This document shows positions 1 through 13,300 of a stretch of 64,000 bases of DNA, in pieces. Source of the stretch: Squalus acanthias. Lineage: Eukaryota. The notes beneath the pieces were generated by a model. The model ran no database searches. It saw only the letters and a list, made by a program, of their open reading frames with translations, and was not told the DNA's origin. The first letter of the stretch is position 1. Each line of letters starts with the position of its first letter. The stretch is taken from assembly GCA_030390025.1 (NCBI GenBank), contig CM059425.1, forward strand, positions 165,666,001-165,730,000, given 5' to 3'. The position numbers and the translations under genes are program-made.

Positions 1-1845
1 TTAACCAATCCTCAATCCATGCTAGTGTATTAGCCCCAATCACATGAGCCCTAATTTTGTTTAATAACCTCTTGTGTGGCACCTTATCGAATGCCATCTG
101 AAAATCCAAATATACCACATCCACTGGTTCCCCCTTATCTATTCTGCTAGTTACAACCTCAAAAAACTCTAACAGATTTGTCAAACACGATTTCCCTTTC
201 ATAAATCCGTGTTGACTCTGCCCAATCCTATTATTATTTTCTTAGTGCCCTGTTACTACGTCCTTAATAATAGATTCTAGCATTTTCCCTACTACTGATG
301 TCAGGCTAACTGGTCTGCAGTTCCCCGTTTTCTCTCTCCCTCCTTTCTTAAATAGTGGGGTTACATTTGATACCTTCCAATCCGTGGGAACCATTCTAGA
401 ATCTATGGAATTTTGGAAGATGACAACCAATGCATCCACTATCTCTGTAGCCATCTCTTTCAAAACCCTAGGCTGTAGGCCATCAGGTCTAGAGGATTTA
501 TCGGCTTTCAGTCCCATTAATTTCTCCAGTACTATTTTTTTTACTAATACTAATTTCTTTCAGTTCCTCATTCTCACCTAGACCCTTGGTTCTCCACTAT
601 TTCCGGGAGGTTTTTTGCGTCTTCTTCCGTGAAGACAGACACAAAGGGCTGGTTTTTCTCAATGGAGACGTGTTGGAGGTGGGTCTTCTGGTTTCCTGGT
701 TTCAGTCCCGCCCCCAGCGACGTCTGACCAACCCACGCTATTTTGCCTTGATTGGCCTTGTTAAGCCTGCCCTGCGGGCTTACCAGCCAATTAAGGAAAA
801 GTCGGTGACAGATGACGTCAGTGTATGACGCTTCATCTGTCGAAAATTTTTTGACAGATGACTTGTCAGCATTTGACAGCTTTGACAACACTGACAATCT
901 CTGTTCTAAGATGAGCCCTTGCACACAGACTCACCAAGACCTCTCTCCTCAGCAGAAAGCAGATGGCTGCTGCATCTGAGAATGCAGCAGCCATTCTGTC
1001 ATCTCTGCCGTTGAGATGAGGCATCTCCAGATCCTCAAAGGTTGAAGCCTGCAGAAAGAAGCAAAGGTAAGGAAACTTTTTCCAACACTTTACACTGACC
1101 TCTCATACTCACCTGTCCACACTTGCACCCATCACTCACCTCTACAGCTGACATTTCGACCCCTCTCACCCCACAGACCCACTGCTCGCCTCGCTGACCC
1201 TGGCGGGGTTTCCCGACATTGGGAAACCTGCATCAGCAGGCGTAAAATGGTGAAAAGCCTCTTAATTGCCTGTTAACTACCTGTTAACAGGCAGTTAATT
1301 GGCTCTAATCCCCTTCCTGCCTCGAGGAGCCAGGTCTCTGCGCGAGTCGGGGACCCGCCTACCGGGAAGATGGTTCGGAGGCGGGTTGGGAGCAGGGTTG
1401 GGACCCGCTCCCAATTTTTCCCATTTTCCCAGCAGTCCCACCTCCAAACCTGCCTCCTCAGGGCTGGTAAAATCTAGCCCCATGTATTTGTTTAATTTCT
1501 CAGCCATTTCCTTATTCCCCATTATAATTTCTCCTGTCTCAGGCTGTAAGGGACCCACATTTACTTTCACTAATCTTTTCCTTTTTACATACCTATAGAA
1601 GCTTTTACAGTCTCTTTTTATGTCTCTCGCTAGTTTACTCTCATATTCTATTTTCCCTTTCTTCATCAATTTCTTGGTCCTCCTTTGCTGAATTCTAAAA
1701 TTCTCCCAATCCTTCGGCTTACTTCTCTTTTTGGCAACATTATAAGCCTCTTCCTTTGATCTAATACTATCTTTAACTTCTCTTGTTAGTCACGGTTGGA
1801 CCTCTTTTCCTGTGGGGTTTTTGTGCCTTAATCGAATGTATATTT
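1..1845 (-). mobile_element. CR1 LINE ORF2 fragment (tether/RT N-terminal part), decayed, interrupted by a MITE at 646-1480
   Basis: Minus-strand ORF 242-517 (PDGLQPRVLKE..DWKVSNVTPLFKKGGREKTGNCRPVSLTSVVGK) and 1295-1669 (YESKLARDIKRDCKSFYRYVKRKR) are typical CR1 ORF2 segments. Confidence 0.9.
646..1480. mobile_element. Non-autonomous PIF/Harbinger-type element (MITE) inserted in CR1
   Basis: Termini GGGCTGGTTTTT / AAAATCTAGCCC. CR1 sequence resumes on both sides. The interior resembles the reverse complement of 35683-36548. The TSD is not clean. Confidence 0.75.
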
Positions 1846-2883
1846 GGGTGGAGAAATGTTGGATAAATGCATAAACGCAGCTTCTATCAATCAATCTCCT
1901 GCTGAAGTTATGGCAGCGATTGGGAGAATCCCGGAGGAATGCCCGATTACTGAGTTAAACACAACAGGCGTGCAAATGCCATCGCTGAGTGAGATAATAA
2001 TAGAAATAATAATCTGTAGGCTTATTTAAAACAACATAAAATTATTGAAGCAAACATAAATAATAGAACATTTTTAATTCAAAAAACATTGATCCAAAGA
2101 ATACAACAACTTGTATTTCTAAAGTGCTTTTCAAGTGCAGGAAGAAATCTTTGGGACTGGGTACCTTGCAATGAGAGAGGACTTGGAAAATCTACCATTA
2201 TACCTCGGTGCTATTATATTCTTCACATAAGTTAGTTTGTTTTGATATCAACCTTGTCCTTGGTTGCAGAGTAGTTCGTGGGCTGACCCACTAAAAGCGA
2301 AACTTGGAGGAAAACACCTCACCACCCCGAGCGCCCCCGCCCCCCCCCCCCCAATTAATTCACTTCAGTCAATGGGTTGACATATAGGGCAGATTTTATA
2401 AATGTATGTTCTTAGCATGAAGCTTCATCCACTTGAAGGCTGTTGGGCAACAGTCAGCATGTTCCAAAGAGGAAGGGATCTATGTATGTCAAATGATCCA
2501 AATTAGTTCTAAAACTATATCTGCAAATTATCCCTGAACATTGGACTTCGAATATGTTTTACTGATATCTTGATAGCCTGCAAATGGAAACCACGTACTG
2601 ATTACTGACTTCTCACTCAACTAAAAGTCAAGAAGAAGGATATGCGTTATTCTTTCAAGTCCTTCAGCTCAGTTATTGCCCTATCTTTTAGATTTAGGAT
2701 AAGGAATGCATCAGTACCTCTTGCTAATACTGTGGTGGTGACATATATGAAAGGGCATGGCTGCTCCCAATTTAACCTCTTACTGGGTCAGCTTCAATCT
2801 ATTTTATTGCTCTTCCCCCAGGTATTCTTGTTTTCACCCTTTCTTGTTTCAATGAGATACACATTCTGAAAGTAAGCATGTAA

Positions 2884-3064
2884 GGGTAAATTTTCCACTT
2901 GCTCGCTCCTGGCCTCAGCTTTGCTCACTGGAAACATGTCAGAAAATCTCACACATGCATCTCTTCATTTTCCATCCATCCAAATTACTGCGTGCACATG
3001 ATTTCCTGATACGCGTTCCTGGTGGCTGAGACTTGACTGGAAGCGCGAGTGAAAAATTTAGCCT
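2884..3064. mobile_element. Short MITE (Harbinger-type termini)
   Basis: Imperfect terminal inverted repeats GGGTAAATTTTCCACTTGC / GCGAGTGAAAAATTTAGCC. Confidence 0.55.
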
Positions 3065-3488
3065 TTAAGCCTCAATTGTGCAAGGCTTTGAGCTACCAGC
3101 ATAGCCTCGCTGGAGTGAACGTGTGGTGTGAAGCGGGCATGCAGGCTCACGACTGTTTCTCAACATGACACATTTCACACAAAAAAGTAGCAGGTAGAGA
3201 GGCCGTGCGGGAGACCAACATGACCCATATTTTATTCATTAGGTCCCAAGTCCAATTTCATGCTGCTCGGTAAGTTCTACCCCAGTACTCACCTCGCCTA
3301 TATAAAATAGACGGCTAATTAATCTGCTACCTGATCTAAGGTTCAATTCTTAAAACTAGATTTCTGTACCCAAAGTTCATACTAAGCTTGTACTTTATTT
3401 TTCAAACAAGCATGGAATTTTTTTGTAATTTGTTCCCTACGTTTGTTTCGGTTGCTGTGGAGAGCGCTATTTCTGCAGAAGATAATAG

Positions 3489-3713
3489 GATAGATTTTCT
3501 TGGGTCTGCATCTGCACCCGGGTTCACTGAATCACCTGGGCACAGAAAATGTCAAAAAACCAGGCAGGTTGGAATGCACACTTGTAAATGAACCTGCCTG
3601 ATATTAAGAAAATAGGTTGGGGCCGTGGGAATTCTTTTACAAGTGTACACTCTGGCCCATATGATTTTCTGATATTCAGTGTGCCTAGAGTGCAGACCTG
3701 GGAAAATCTCCCC
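3489..3713. mobile_element. Short degenerate MITE
   Basis: Imperfect TIRs GGATAGATTTTCTTGGG / CCTGGGAAAATCTCCCC. Confidence 0.45.
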
Positions 3714-3769
3714 TAATTTTTTATTTGGAAAACTTTGCTCCAGTCTTGTTATTTGCTGCTGTAATTGAA

Positions 3770-4160
3770 TTGGTAGCATAGTGGTTATGTTACTGGACTA
3801 GTAATCCAGAGGCCTGGACTAATGATCATCAGAGATGTGAGTTCAAATCCCACCACAGCAGCTGGGGATTTAAATTCAATTAATAAATAAATCTGGAATA
3901 AAATGCTAGTATCAGTAATGGTGACCATGTTGCTACCTGATTGTCGTAAAAACCCATCTGGTTCACTAATTTCCTTTAGGGAAGGAAATATGCCATCCTT
4001 ACCTGGTCTGGCCTATATGTGACTCCAGACCCACAGCAATGTGGTTGACTTTTAACAGCCCTCTGAAATGGCCTCGCAAGCCACTCAGTTAAGGGCAATT
4101 AGAGATGGGTAATGAATGCTGGCCTTGCCAGTCATGTCCACATCCAATGAATAAAAAAAA
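3770..4160 (+). mobile_element. tRNA-derived SINE (head and 3' tail shared with the LINE at 10384-13618)
   Basis: A box TAGCATAGTGG (3774-3784), anticodon arm CTGGA-CTAGTAA-TCCAG, B box GTTCAAATCC (3841-3850), poly(A) tail, TSD AATTGAA (3763-3769 and 4161-4167). Confidence 0.9.
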
Positions 4161-5344
4161 AATTGAAGTTTCAGCAAATAAAGTGTAAGGGATAAGAATT
4201 CCTTTGGGAGTGCCACGTATGCTCCATAATTTAGATGAGGTCATGAAGGGTCACCAAATGCAGATCCACCAACTCATCTTCCTCATCCAAGTTGTTTAAT
4301 TCTAATGGAATCCATCAATACCCCAGGACCTACATTTATCGACTATGATACTTCTATGTGGGCATCTCAGAGAAGACCTGCCTTTGTCATATCCGCTTCA
4401 CCAGCGAGGCTGTCATTGAGCCATGCTCCACGCAGACCTGCAAGCAACTTCGACCTCAGGGACAGCTCTTCTGAAGGTTACCACAGCATTGCTTTCACAC
4501 TACCAAATCCTTCTAAGTCTCCATAGGTGACATCTGCCAGAAGAGTCCACAGATTCATTAAGCAAATGTCAGATGCTAGGATTGCAAGGCACAACACTGT
4601 TATTACTCCAGGGTCATTCTGGAAAGCAAGGCCAACCTCAAGCTCCTCTTCACATCACAAACTGCCTCCCTCACCTTCTATCTTTACCTCCGGTACAAAA
4701 TATTGGAGCTCATGGATTTCTTTATTTCCAAAATCAAGACTATGTGCTAAGCGACCTCTGCCTTCTCTACACCCATACTCCTAACCCCATTCTTCCCAAA
4801 CCAATCCTTCAACCTCACTAAACTGGCAGCTTCTTACAGTCCTCATTGAAGTAATTTCTTCCATGAACCCTCTTCCAATCCAGCTAATAACCACTTCCCC
4901 TTCATATACTCATGCTTGCCAACATTGTTAACCTCCTTCTATCTCCACGCATTGTTGCCCTCTAGTCATCACCCTCTCCTGAAAAAGCCCACCTGCACCT
5001 CTTTATCTTCACACACTACTATCCCATCTTCAACCTAACCTTTCCTTAAATACATCATTGCCACAAACTACGTGCTCAGCTCTCTCACCATCCCTTTCTG
5101 AGCAATGTTGACCAGCATACCATTTTAGTCAAACCAATCTAGTTTCCAAACAGCCCAGAGCACCAAGACTGCCATGGTCAAAGTCATGTGTAACATTATG
5201 TGTGACTGTTCCTCCTTAGTCTCTCTGCTACTTTCAATATTGTTGAACATTCTCCTACACTGACTATACTTCATGGTCCACCTTTGTGGTGTGTGGTTCT
5301 AAACCTACCTATCCCAATGCAATCACTACAATTCTCCTTCTGGA

Positions 5345-6228
5345 GAGTTAAAATGTCATGAACAGGTACAGAAAATAATCACAAAGGCTAATGGGATGCT
5401 GGCCTTTATATCTAGAGGACTAGAATACAAGGGGGTAGAAGTTATGCTGCAGCTGTACAAAACCCTAGTTAGCCCACACCTGGAATACTGTGAGCAGTTC
5501 TGGGCACCACACCTTAGGAAGGATATATTGGCCTTGGAGTGGGTGCAGCATAGATTTACCAGAATGATACCCGGACTCCAAGGGTTAAGTTACGAGGAGA
5601 GATTACACAAATTAGGGTTGCATTCCCTAGAATTTAGATGGTCAAGGGGTGATCTGATTGAAGTTTTCAAGATATTAAGGGGAACAGATAGGGTAGATAG
5701 AGAGAAACTATTTCACTGGTTGGGGATTCTAGGACTAGGGGGCATAGTCTGAAAATTAGAGCCAAACCTTTCAGGAGTGAAATTAGGAAACACTTCTACA
5801 CACAAAGGAAAGAAAGAAAGACTTGCATTTATATAGCGCCTTTCACGACCACCAGACGTCTCAAAGTGCTTTACAGCCAATGAAGTACTTTTGGAGTGTA
5901 GTCACTGTTATAATGTGGGAAACGCGGCAGCCAATTTGCGCACAGCAAGCTCCCACAAACAGCAATGGGCTAATGACCAGATAATCTGTTTTTGTTATGT
6001 TGGTTGAGGGACAGGGTGGTAGAAGTTTGGAACTCTCTTCCGCAAACGGCAATTGACCCTAGATCAATTGTTAATTTTGAATCGGAGATTGATAGCTTTC
6101 TGTTAACCAAAGGTATTAAGGGATATGGGCCAAAGGCGGCTTTATGGAGTTAGGTCGCAGATCAGCCATGATCTCATTGAATGGCAGAGCAGGCTCGAGG
6201 GGGCTGAATGGCCTACTCCTGTTCCTAT
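5345..6228 (+). mobile_element. 5'-truncated CR1 LINE (ORF2 C-terminus and 3' UTR)
   Basis: ORF 5396-5752 (MLAFISRGLEYK..LYKTLVSPHLEYCEQFWAP..RGDLIEVFKIL) and CR1 3' end GGCCTACTCCTGTTCCTAT. Closely matches 7963-8680. Confidence 0.92.
5808..6012 (-). mobile_element. Deu-domain SINE (SacSINE1/AmnSINE1-like) 3' part inserted in CR1
   Basis: Reverse complement reads GCTGTGCGCAAATTGGCTGCCGCGTTT..AGTACTTCATTGGCTGTAAAGC..GAAAGGCGCTATATAAATGCAAG(TCTT)n, recognised from memory as the DeuSINE/L2-type tail. Confidence 0.75.
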
Positions 6229-7424
6229 AAGTTGTAAAAATTCTCCTGGAAAGGAACTTCTATTGTGTCCAGGCCTCCATGCTTAGTCCCTTCCTATTCA
6301 TCGTCTATATGCTACCCCCAATGACAGCATCAACAAGTATGGGGTCATCTTCCATATGCTGAGATGAAACCCAACTCTACCTATCCACACCATTGGCTCC
6401 AGGGAAATAACTGGATTTCCTGACCATCATCAAGTCACAACTTCCTACAGTTCAACATTCACAAAACTGTGACCAACTTGTTTGGTTCTCATCAGCTCCT
6501 TTGTGCATCAATTCCTTGCTGCCTATTCAAGCTGACACTTACGGTGTGTGCTTTGCCTTCTGTTTGATGCTGAGCTAAACTTTAAACCCCACATCCAGTC
6601 CATCATCAAGACAGCCTTTTTCCATCACCAGAAAATCACATCCTTATGCCCCTAATTCAATCCATCTGCTGCTGAAACCTTTATTTACCACTAAATCACT
6701 TTGACGGCTGATTTTTCAAAATGATCTTCCTGCCAGACTTTCAGCCTCCACCTGAAAATATGTCAGCTACTCCAGAACTCTGAGCTAAGCCTTTCCCCAT
6801 ACAAGTCCCATACACCCATCACCCCTATCCTTGCCCAATTTTGCTGACTGCCTGTGTCTGAGCAAATTGGTGTCATGACCTTTGTTTTAAAATCCTTCCA
6901 AGGCCTCACACTGTTTGAGAAATCATCTCCAGCCACACATCCCAACCCACATCCACCATTCGTCTAACTTTTGATTACCACTTGACCCTGCCCCTCCACT
7001 TCACCATTGGAGAACGATCTTTCAGCTATTTCATCCCTGCTCTCTTGAATTCTCATCCAAAACCATGTCTCACTACCTCTCTTCCAGCCTTCTAAAAACA
7101 TATCCAACTTTCACTTTGACCACCTATCCCTACATTATTTTACTTTCTTCTTAGCATCCATCTCTCTCCCTCTCTGAGATGCTCTTTTATGTGAGCACCA
7201 TTGCATATAATATTTTGTTGCTTTTCAATGAGACCTCATTGAAAAGTAAAAGCTTTATTTTGGGGAGTGGTTAGGAGGTGGTTCAGGTCTTTATTAAACC
7301 ATTTTACCATCATATACATATTCAAATAATGAAAACAGTTTTCTGTTTATAGCAAAACACAATAAAACAGCTCAGGTAGAATAACTCAGGAACTTACTGC
7401 AAAATAAAACATTCCTGAATATTA

Positions 7425-7890
7425 AAAAAAATGTATTCTTGGATGTGGGTGCTGCTGGTAGGGCCGGCATTTATTGGCCGTTCCTAGTTTCCCTGAGAAG
7501 GTGAGCCTTTTACTTGAAACACTGCAATTTGTATCTTCATTTGTAGCAATTTGATACATCTGAGTCACCTGCTAGACCACTTCAGTGGGCAGTTAAGAGT
7601 CAACCGCACTGGTGTGGGACTAGAGTCACATATAGGCAAGACTGGGTAAGGTCGGCAGGTTTCCTTTCCTAAAGGACATTAGTGAAGCAGTTGAGATTTT
7701 ATGACAATCAACAGCTTCATGATCATTTTTATTGATGCAGTTTTTTATTTCCAGATTTTTTTTTTTTATTAAACTGAGTTCAAGTTCTCAAACTACCATG
7801 GTGGGATCTGAACTCACCTTCTCTGGATTATTAGTCAAGGCATCTGTATTATTATTCCAGTAACATAACCACTGCATTACTGTACCCAGT
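7425..7890 (-). mobile_element. Older tRNA-derived SINE of the 3770 family with a longer LINE-derived middle
   Basis: Reverse complement aligns by eye to the same tRNA head and to the LINE 3' end (TGCAGTGTTTCAAG..GCTCACCTTCTCAGGG..CAATAAATGCCGGCC). Confidence 0.8.
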
Positions 7891-9285
7891 GATGGGATGC
7901 TACAGTCTTTGTTAATATTTGCTGTCAAACTGCTTGTACCAATTTAGTTAAAGTATTTGAATTAGGAACATAGGAACAGGAGTAGGCCATTCAGCCCCTT
8001 GAGCCTGTTCCGCCATTCAATGAGATCATGGCTGATCTGCAACCTAATTCCATATACCCGCCTTTGCCCCATATCCCTTAATACTGTTGGTTAACAGAAA
8101 TCTGTCAATCTCCGATTTAAAATTAACAATTGATCTAGCATCAACTGCCATTTGTGGAAGAGAGTTCCAAACTTCTACCACCCTTTTTGCGTAGAAGTGT
8201 TTCCTAATTTCACTCCTGAAAGATCTGGCTCTTAATTTTAGACTATGCCCTCTAGTCCTAGAATCCCCAACCAGCAGAAATAGTTTCTCTCTATCTACCC
8301 TATCTGTTCCCCTTAATATCTTGAAAACTTCGATCAGATCACCCCTTAACCTTCTAAATTCTAGGGAATACAACCCTAATTTGTGTAAACTCTCCTCGTA
8401 ACTTAACCCCTGAAGTCCGGGTATCATTCTGGTAAACCTACGCTGCACTCCCTCCAAGGCCAATATATCCTTCCTAAGGTGTGGTGTCCAGAACTGCTCA
8501 CAGTACTCCAGGTGTGGTCTAACCGGGGATTTGTATAGCTGCAGCATAACTTCTGCCCCCTTGTACTCTAGTCCTCTAGATATAAAGGCCTTTATCCCAC
8601 CATTAGCCTTTGTGATTATTTTCTGTACCTGTTCATGATATTTTAATGATCTATGTACCTGAACCCCCAAGTCTCTTCGGACCTCCATTGTTTTTAGCCT
8701 TTCACCATTTAGAAAGTACCCTGTTCTATCCTTTTCAGGTCCAAAGTGGATGACCTCACATTTTCCTACATTGAAATCCATTTGCTACAGTTTTGCCCAT
8801 TCACTTAATCTGTTGATATCCCTTTACAATTTTATGCTGCCATCTACACTGCCTACAATCCCACCTATCTTGTGTCATTGGCAAATTTGGATATATGACT
8901 TTCTATGCCATCATCTAAGTCATTAATAAATACTGTGAATAGTTGAGGCATCAACATAGATCCCTGTGGGACACCTGCCAATTTGAGTACCTACCCATTA
9001 TCCCTACTGCCTGCCAGCCAATTTCCTAACCTGGTCAATAATTTGCCCTCAATTTTGTGGGCTTCTACCTTAGTTAACAATCTCTTATGTAGGACTTTAT
9101 CAAATGCCTTCTGGAAGTCCATATAAATAACATCCATAGACATTCCCCTGTCCACTACTTTAGTCACCTCTTTAAAAAATTCAATCAAGTTTGTTAGGCA
9201 TGACCTACCTTTCACAAATCCATGCTGGCTCTCTCTGATCAACTAAAAATTTTTGAGCTGCTCAGTCACCCTATCCTTAAATATA

Positions 9286-10187
9286 GGGGGAGAAATTCAG
9301 TATCGCCCCGTTTGGGGCGCAATTAACGGCCGGGCGCAATGTTTAGCGCCTGGCGCTAATTATCGCCTCCGACTGCAAACTTGGCTACTATCGCCCCTGG
9401 AGGTGATTGGATCGCTAAATCAGGCGCTACACACCTCTCTTAAGGCGCTAACGCCAAGGAGTAAGGCGCTACCTCAGAGCACTGGCGAAGCTCATGTGAT
9501 GGCAGTCAGCAATGGAACACAGACACACTGGCGCCGGCCAGTTCTTAAAGGGGAGGGTCAATCTTGCTCTCCATCCACACTCTGCTCATTGCAGCCTTGA
9601 ATCTCAGCCTGGAGAGACCTGTACATCAAATTTGCTGGAAAGACCAATGGAGAGGCCCAGGGAAAGAGCTCAGAGTGCAGACCCCATAGTCTCTTCTAAA
9701 TCGATGCAAGGAAGGTCAAATCAAAATGAACCTGCAAAGTGCTGCTCAGTACCCAAAAATCCTTCATACAGCGTTGAATCTCTCCAGAAGTCTCTCTCTC
9801 TCTCTCTCTCTCTCTCAGAATGCATGGTGCAAAAATATCGCCGACAAAAAAAGGCAGGAAGCGGTCGCCTTTAAATAGCACTCCCCCAGTCCCTTCCCAA
9901 TTGCAAAACACTCCCCTCAACCTGTCGTTGCTAGCGGCAGGCGGTAAGGCAGGGGGCGCCACTCAATATCCGGTCTGGGGCGCTACCGGGGCGTTGCACA
10001 CTCGACTGACGTCACGATCTGCGGGCGCAGGAGATCGTGGCAATAGTGTTTAGCGCTGCCACAAAATGTCTGGTCAATTTCGCGAGCGGCGCAAACATCG
10101 CCGCGCCCGGGCGCTAGTTGCTTTGCGCCCCATTAGCGCCCTCTTATGGTGCTAACGGGAGGCGCAAAGCAACCAAATTTTTCCCCC
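9286..10187 (+). mobile_element. ~0.9 kb Harbinger-type MITE, family A copy 1
   Basis: TIR GGGGGAGAAATT / AATTTTTCCCCC, 3-bp TSD ATA. Interior homologous to 20887-21779 and 37213-38090. Confidence 0.88.
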
Positions 10188-10383
10188 ATAGACTAGCAAT
10201 TTCCCAACAACAGATTTTCGGCTAACTGGTCTATAATTCCCTGGTTTCCCTCTCTCACCATTTTTATATAGTGGCGTGACATGCTCAATTTTCCAATCTA
10301 AAGAAACGGTCCCTGAATCGAGAGAACTTTGGAAGATTATGGTTAGGGCATCTGCAATGTACTCACCTACTTCCTTTAAAATG

Positions 10384-13300
10384 GCAACGGTAGCATATTG
10401 GTTATGTTTCTAGACTAGTAATCCAGAGGCCTGGACGAATGATCTGGAGACGTGAGTTCAAATCCCACCATGGCAGCTGGGGAATTTAAATTCAGTTAAT
10501 TAAATAAACCTAGATCAGTAAAGCTAGTATCAGTAATGGTGACCATGAAACTATCAGATTGTCGTTCATTAATGTCTTTTAAGGAAGGAAATCTGCCATC
10601 CTTACCTGGTCTGGCCTATATGTGACTCCAGACCAACAGCAATGTGGTTGACTCTTAACTGCCCTCTGAAAAGGCCAAGCAAGCCACTCAGTTGTAAAAA
10701 ACCGCTATGAAAAACAGTAAGAATAAAACAGGACAGACCACCCAGCATCGACCTCGGCACCGGCTACGGACACAACAACGGCACAACCAGCCCAGTCAAC
10801 CCTGTAAAGTCCTCTTCACCAACATCTGGGGACTTGTGCCAAAGTTGGGACAGCTGTCCCACAGACTAGTCATACTCACAGAATCATACCTTTCAGCCAA
10901 TGTCCCAAACTCCTCCATCACCATCCCTGGGTATGTCCTGTCACACCAGCAGGACAGGCCCACCAGGGGTGGCGGCACAGTGGTATACAGTCGGGAAGGA
11001 GTGGTCCTGGGAGTGCTCAACATTGACTCCGGACCCCATGAAGTTTCATGGCTTCAGGTCAAGCATGGGCTGATTACCACCTACCGCCCTCCCTCAGCTG
11101 ATGAATCAGTACTCGTCCATGTTGAACACCACTTGGAAGAAGCACTGAGAGTAGCAAGGGCACATGATGTACCCTGGGTGGGGGACTTCAATGTCCAATA
11201 CCAAGAGTGGCTCGGTAGCACCACTACTGACCCAGCTGGCTGAGTCCTGAAGGACATAGCTGCCAGTCTGGGCCTGCAACAGGTGGTGAGAGAACCAACA
11301 CGAGGGAAAAACCTACTTGACCTCGTCCTCACCAATCTACCTGTCGCAAATGCATCTGTCCATGACAGCATTGGTAGCAGTGACCACCGCACAGTCATTG
11401 CGGAGACGAAATTAGTCTTCACACTGAGGACACCCTCCATCGTGTTGTGTGGCACTATCACCGTGCTAAATGGGATAGATTCAGAACAAATCTAGCAGCT
11501 CAAAACTGGTCATCCATGAGGCACTGTGGGCCATCAGCAGCAGCAGAATTGCATTCCACCACAATCTGTAACCTCATGGCCCGGCATATCCCTCACTCTA
11601 CCATCACCATCAAGCCAGGGGACCACCGTGGTTCAATAAGTTGCGAAGAAGAGCATGCCAGGAGCAGCACCAGGCATACCTAAAAATGCTGTGCCAACCT
11701 GGGGAAGCTACAACACAGGTCAACATGCATGCTAAAAAGCGGAAGCAGCATGCTATAGACAGAGATAAGCAATCCCACAATCAACGGCTCTGCAGTCCTG
11801 CCACATCCAGTCATGAAAGATGGTGGACCATTAAACAACTAATGGGAGAAGGAGACTCCATGAATATCCCCATCCTCAATGATGGTGGAGCCCAGCACGT
11901 AAGTGCTAAAGACAAAGCTGAAGCGTTTGCAACCATCTTCAGCCAGAAGTGCTGTGTGGATGATCCATATCGGCCTACCCCTGAGGTCCCCACCACCACA
12001 GAAGCCAGTCTTCAGCCAATTCGAGTCACTCCACGTGATATCAAGAAACGGCTGAGCATACTGGATACAGCAAAGGCTGTGGGCCCCAACAACATCCCAG
12101 CTGTCGTGCTGAAGACTTGTGCGCCTCTAGCCAAGCTGTTCCAGTACAGCTATAACACTGGCATCTATCCGACAATGTGGAAAACTGCCCAGGTATGTCT
12201 TGTCCACAAAAAGCAGGACAATCCAATCCGGCTAATTACCGCCCCATCAGTCTACTCTCAATCATCAGAAAAGTAATAGAAGGTGTCGTCGACAGTGCTA
12301 TGAAGCAGCACTTACGCACCAATAACCTGCTCACTGATGCCCAGTTTGGGTTCCACCAGCACCACTCGGCTCCAGCCCTCATTACAGCCTTGGACCAAAC
12401 ATGGACAAAATAGCTGAATTCCAGGGGTGAGGTGAGAGTGACTGCCCTTGACATCAAGGCAGCATTTGACCGAGTGTGGCATCAAGGAGCCCTAGTAAAA
12501 CTGAAGCCAATGGGAATCAGGGGGAAAACTCTCCACAGGTTGGAGTCATACCTAGCACAAAGAAAGATGGTTGTGGTGGTTGCAGGTCAATCATCACAGC
12601 CCCAGGACATCGCTGCAGAAGTTCCTCAGGGCAGTGTCCTAGGCCCAACCATCTTCAGCTGCTTCATCAATGACCTTCCCCTCCATCATGAGGTCAGAAG
12701 TGGGGAAGTTTGCTGATGACTGCACAGTGTTCAATCAATGCCATTCGCAACTCCTCAGATAATGAAGTTGTCCATGCACACATGCAGCAAGACCTGGATG
12801 ACATTCAGGCTTGGGCTGATAAGTGGCAGGTATCATTCTCACCACACAAGTGCCAGGCAATGACTATCTCCAACAAGCGAGCGTCTAACCACCGCTCCTT
12901 GATGTTCAACGGCATTACCATCGCCGAGTCCCCCACCATCAATATTCTGGGGGTCAACATTCACCAGAAACTTAACTGAAACAGCCACATAAATACGATG
13001 GCAACAAAAGCAGGTCAGAGGCTGGGTATTCTGCGGTGAGTGTCTAACCTCCTGACTCCTCAAAGCCTTTCCACTATCTACAAGGCACAAGTCAGGAGTG
13101 TGATGGAATACTCTCCACTTGCCTGGAAGAGTGCAGCTCCAAAACCATTCAAGAAGCTCGACACCATCCAGGACAAAGCAGCCCGCTTGATTGGCACCCC
13201 ATCCACCACCTTAAACGTTCACTCCCTCCACCACTGGCGTACCATGGCTGCAGTGTGTACCATCTACAAGATGCACAGCAGCAACTCGCCAAGGCTTCTC

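Larger units (their letters stand above)
4300..7220 (+). mobile_element. Old, highly decayed L2-like LINE, split by a CR1 3' fragment
   Basis: CT-rich sequence with remnants of RT motifs near 6290-6380 (LFIVYML..(Y)ADxTQLY-like), an L2-type C-terminus near 6810-6910 and an L2-like tail near 7170-7220. Boundaries are approximate. Confidence 0.6.

Noticed and set aside
3772..3856. Functional tRNA-Thr gene
   Set aside because: The variable region is elongated, the acceptor stem is poor, and it is embedded in a SINE.
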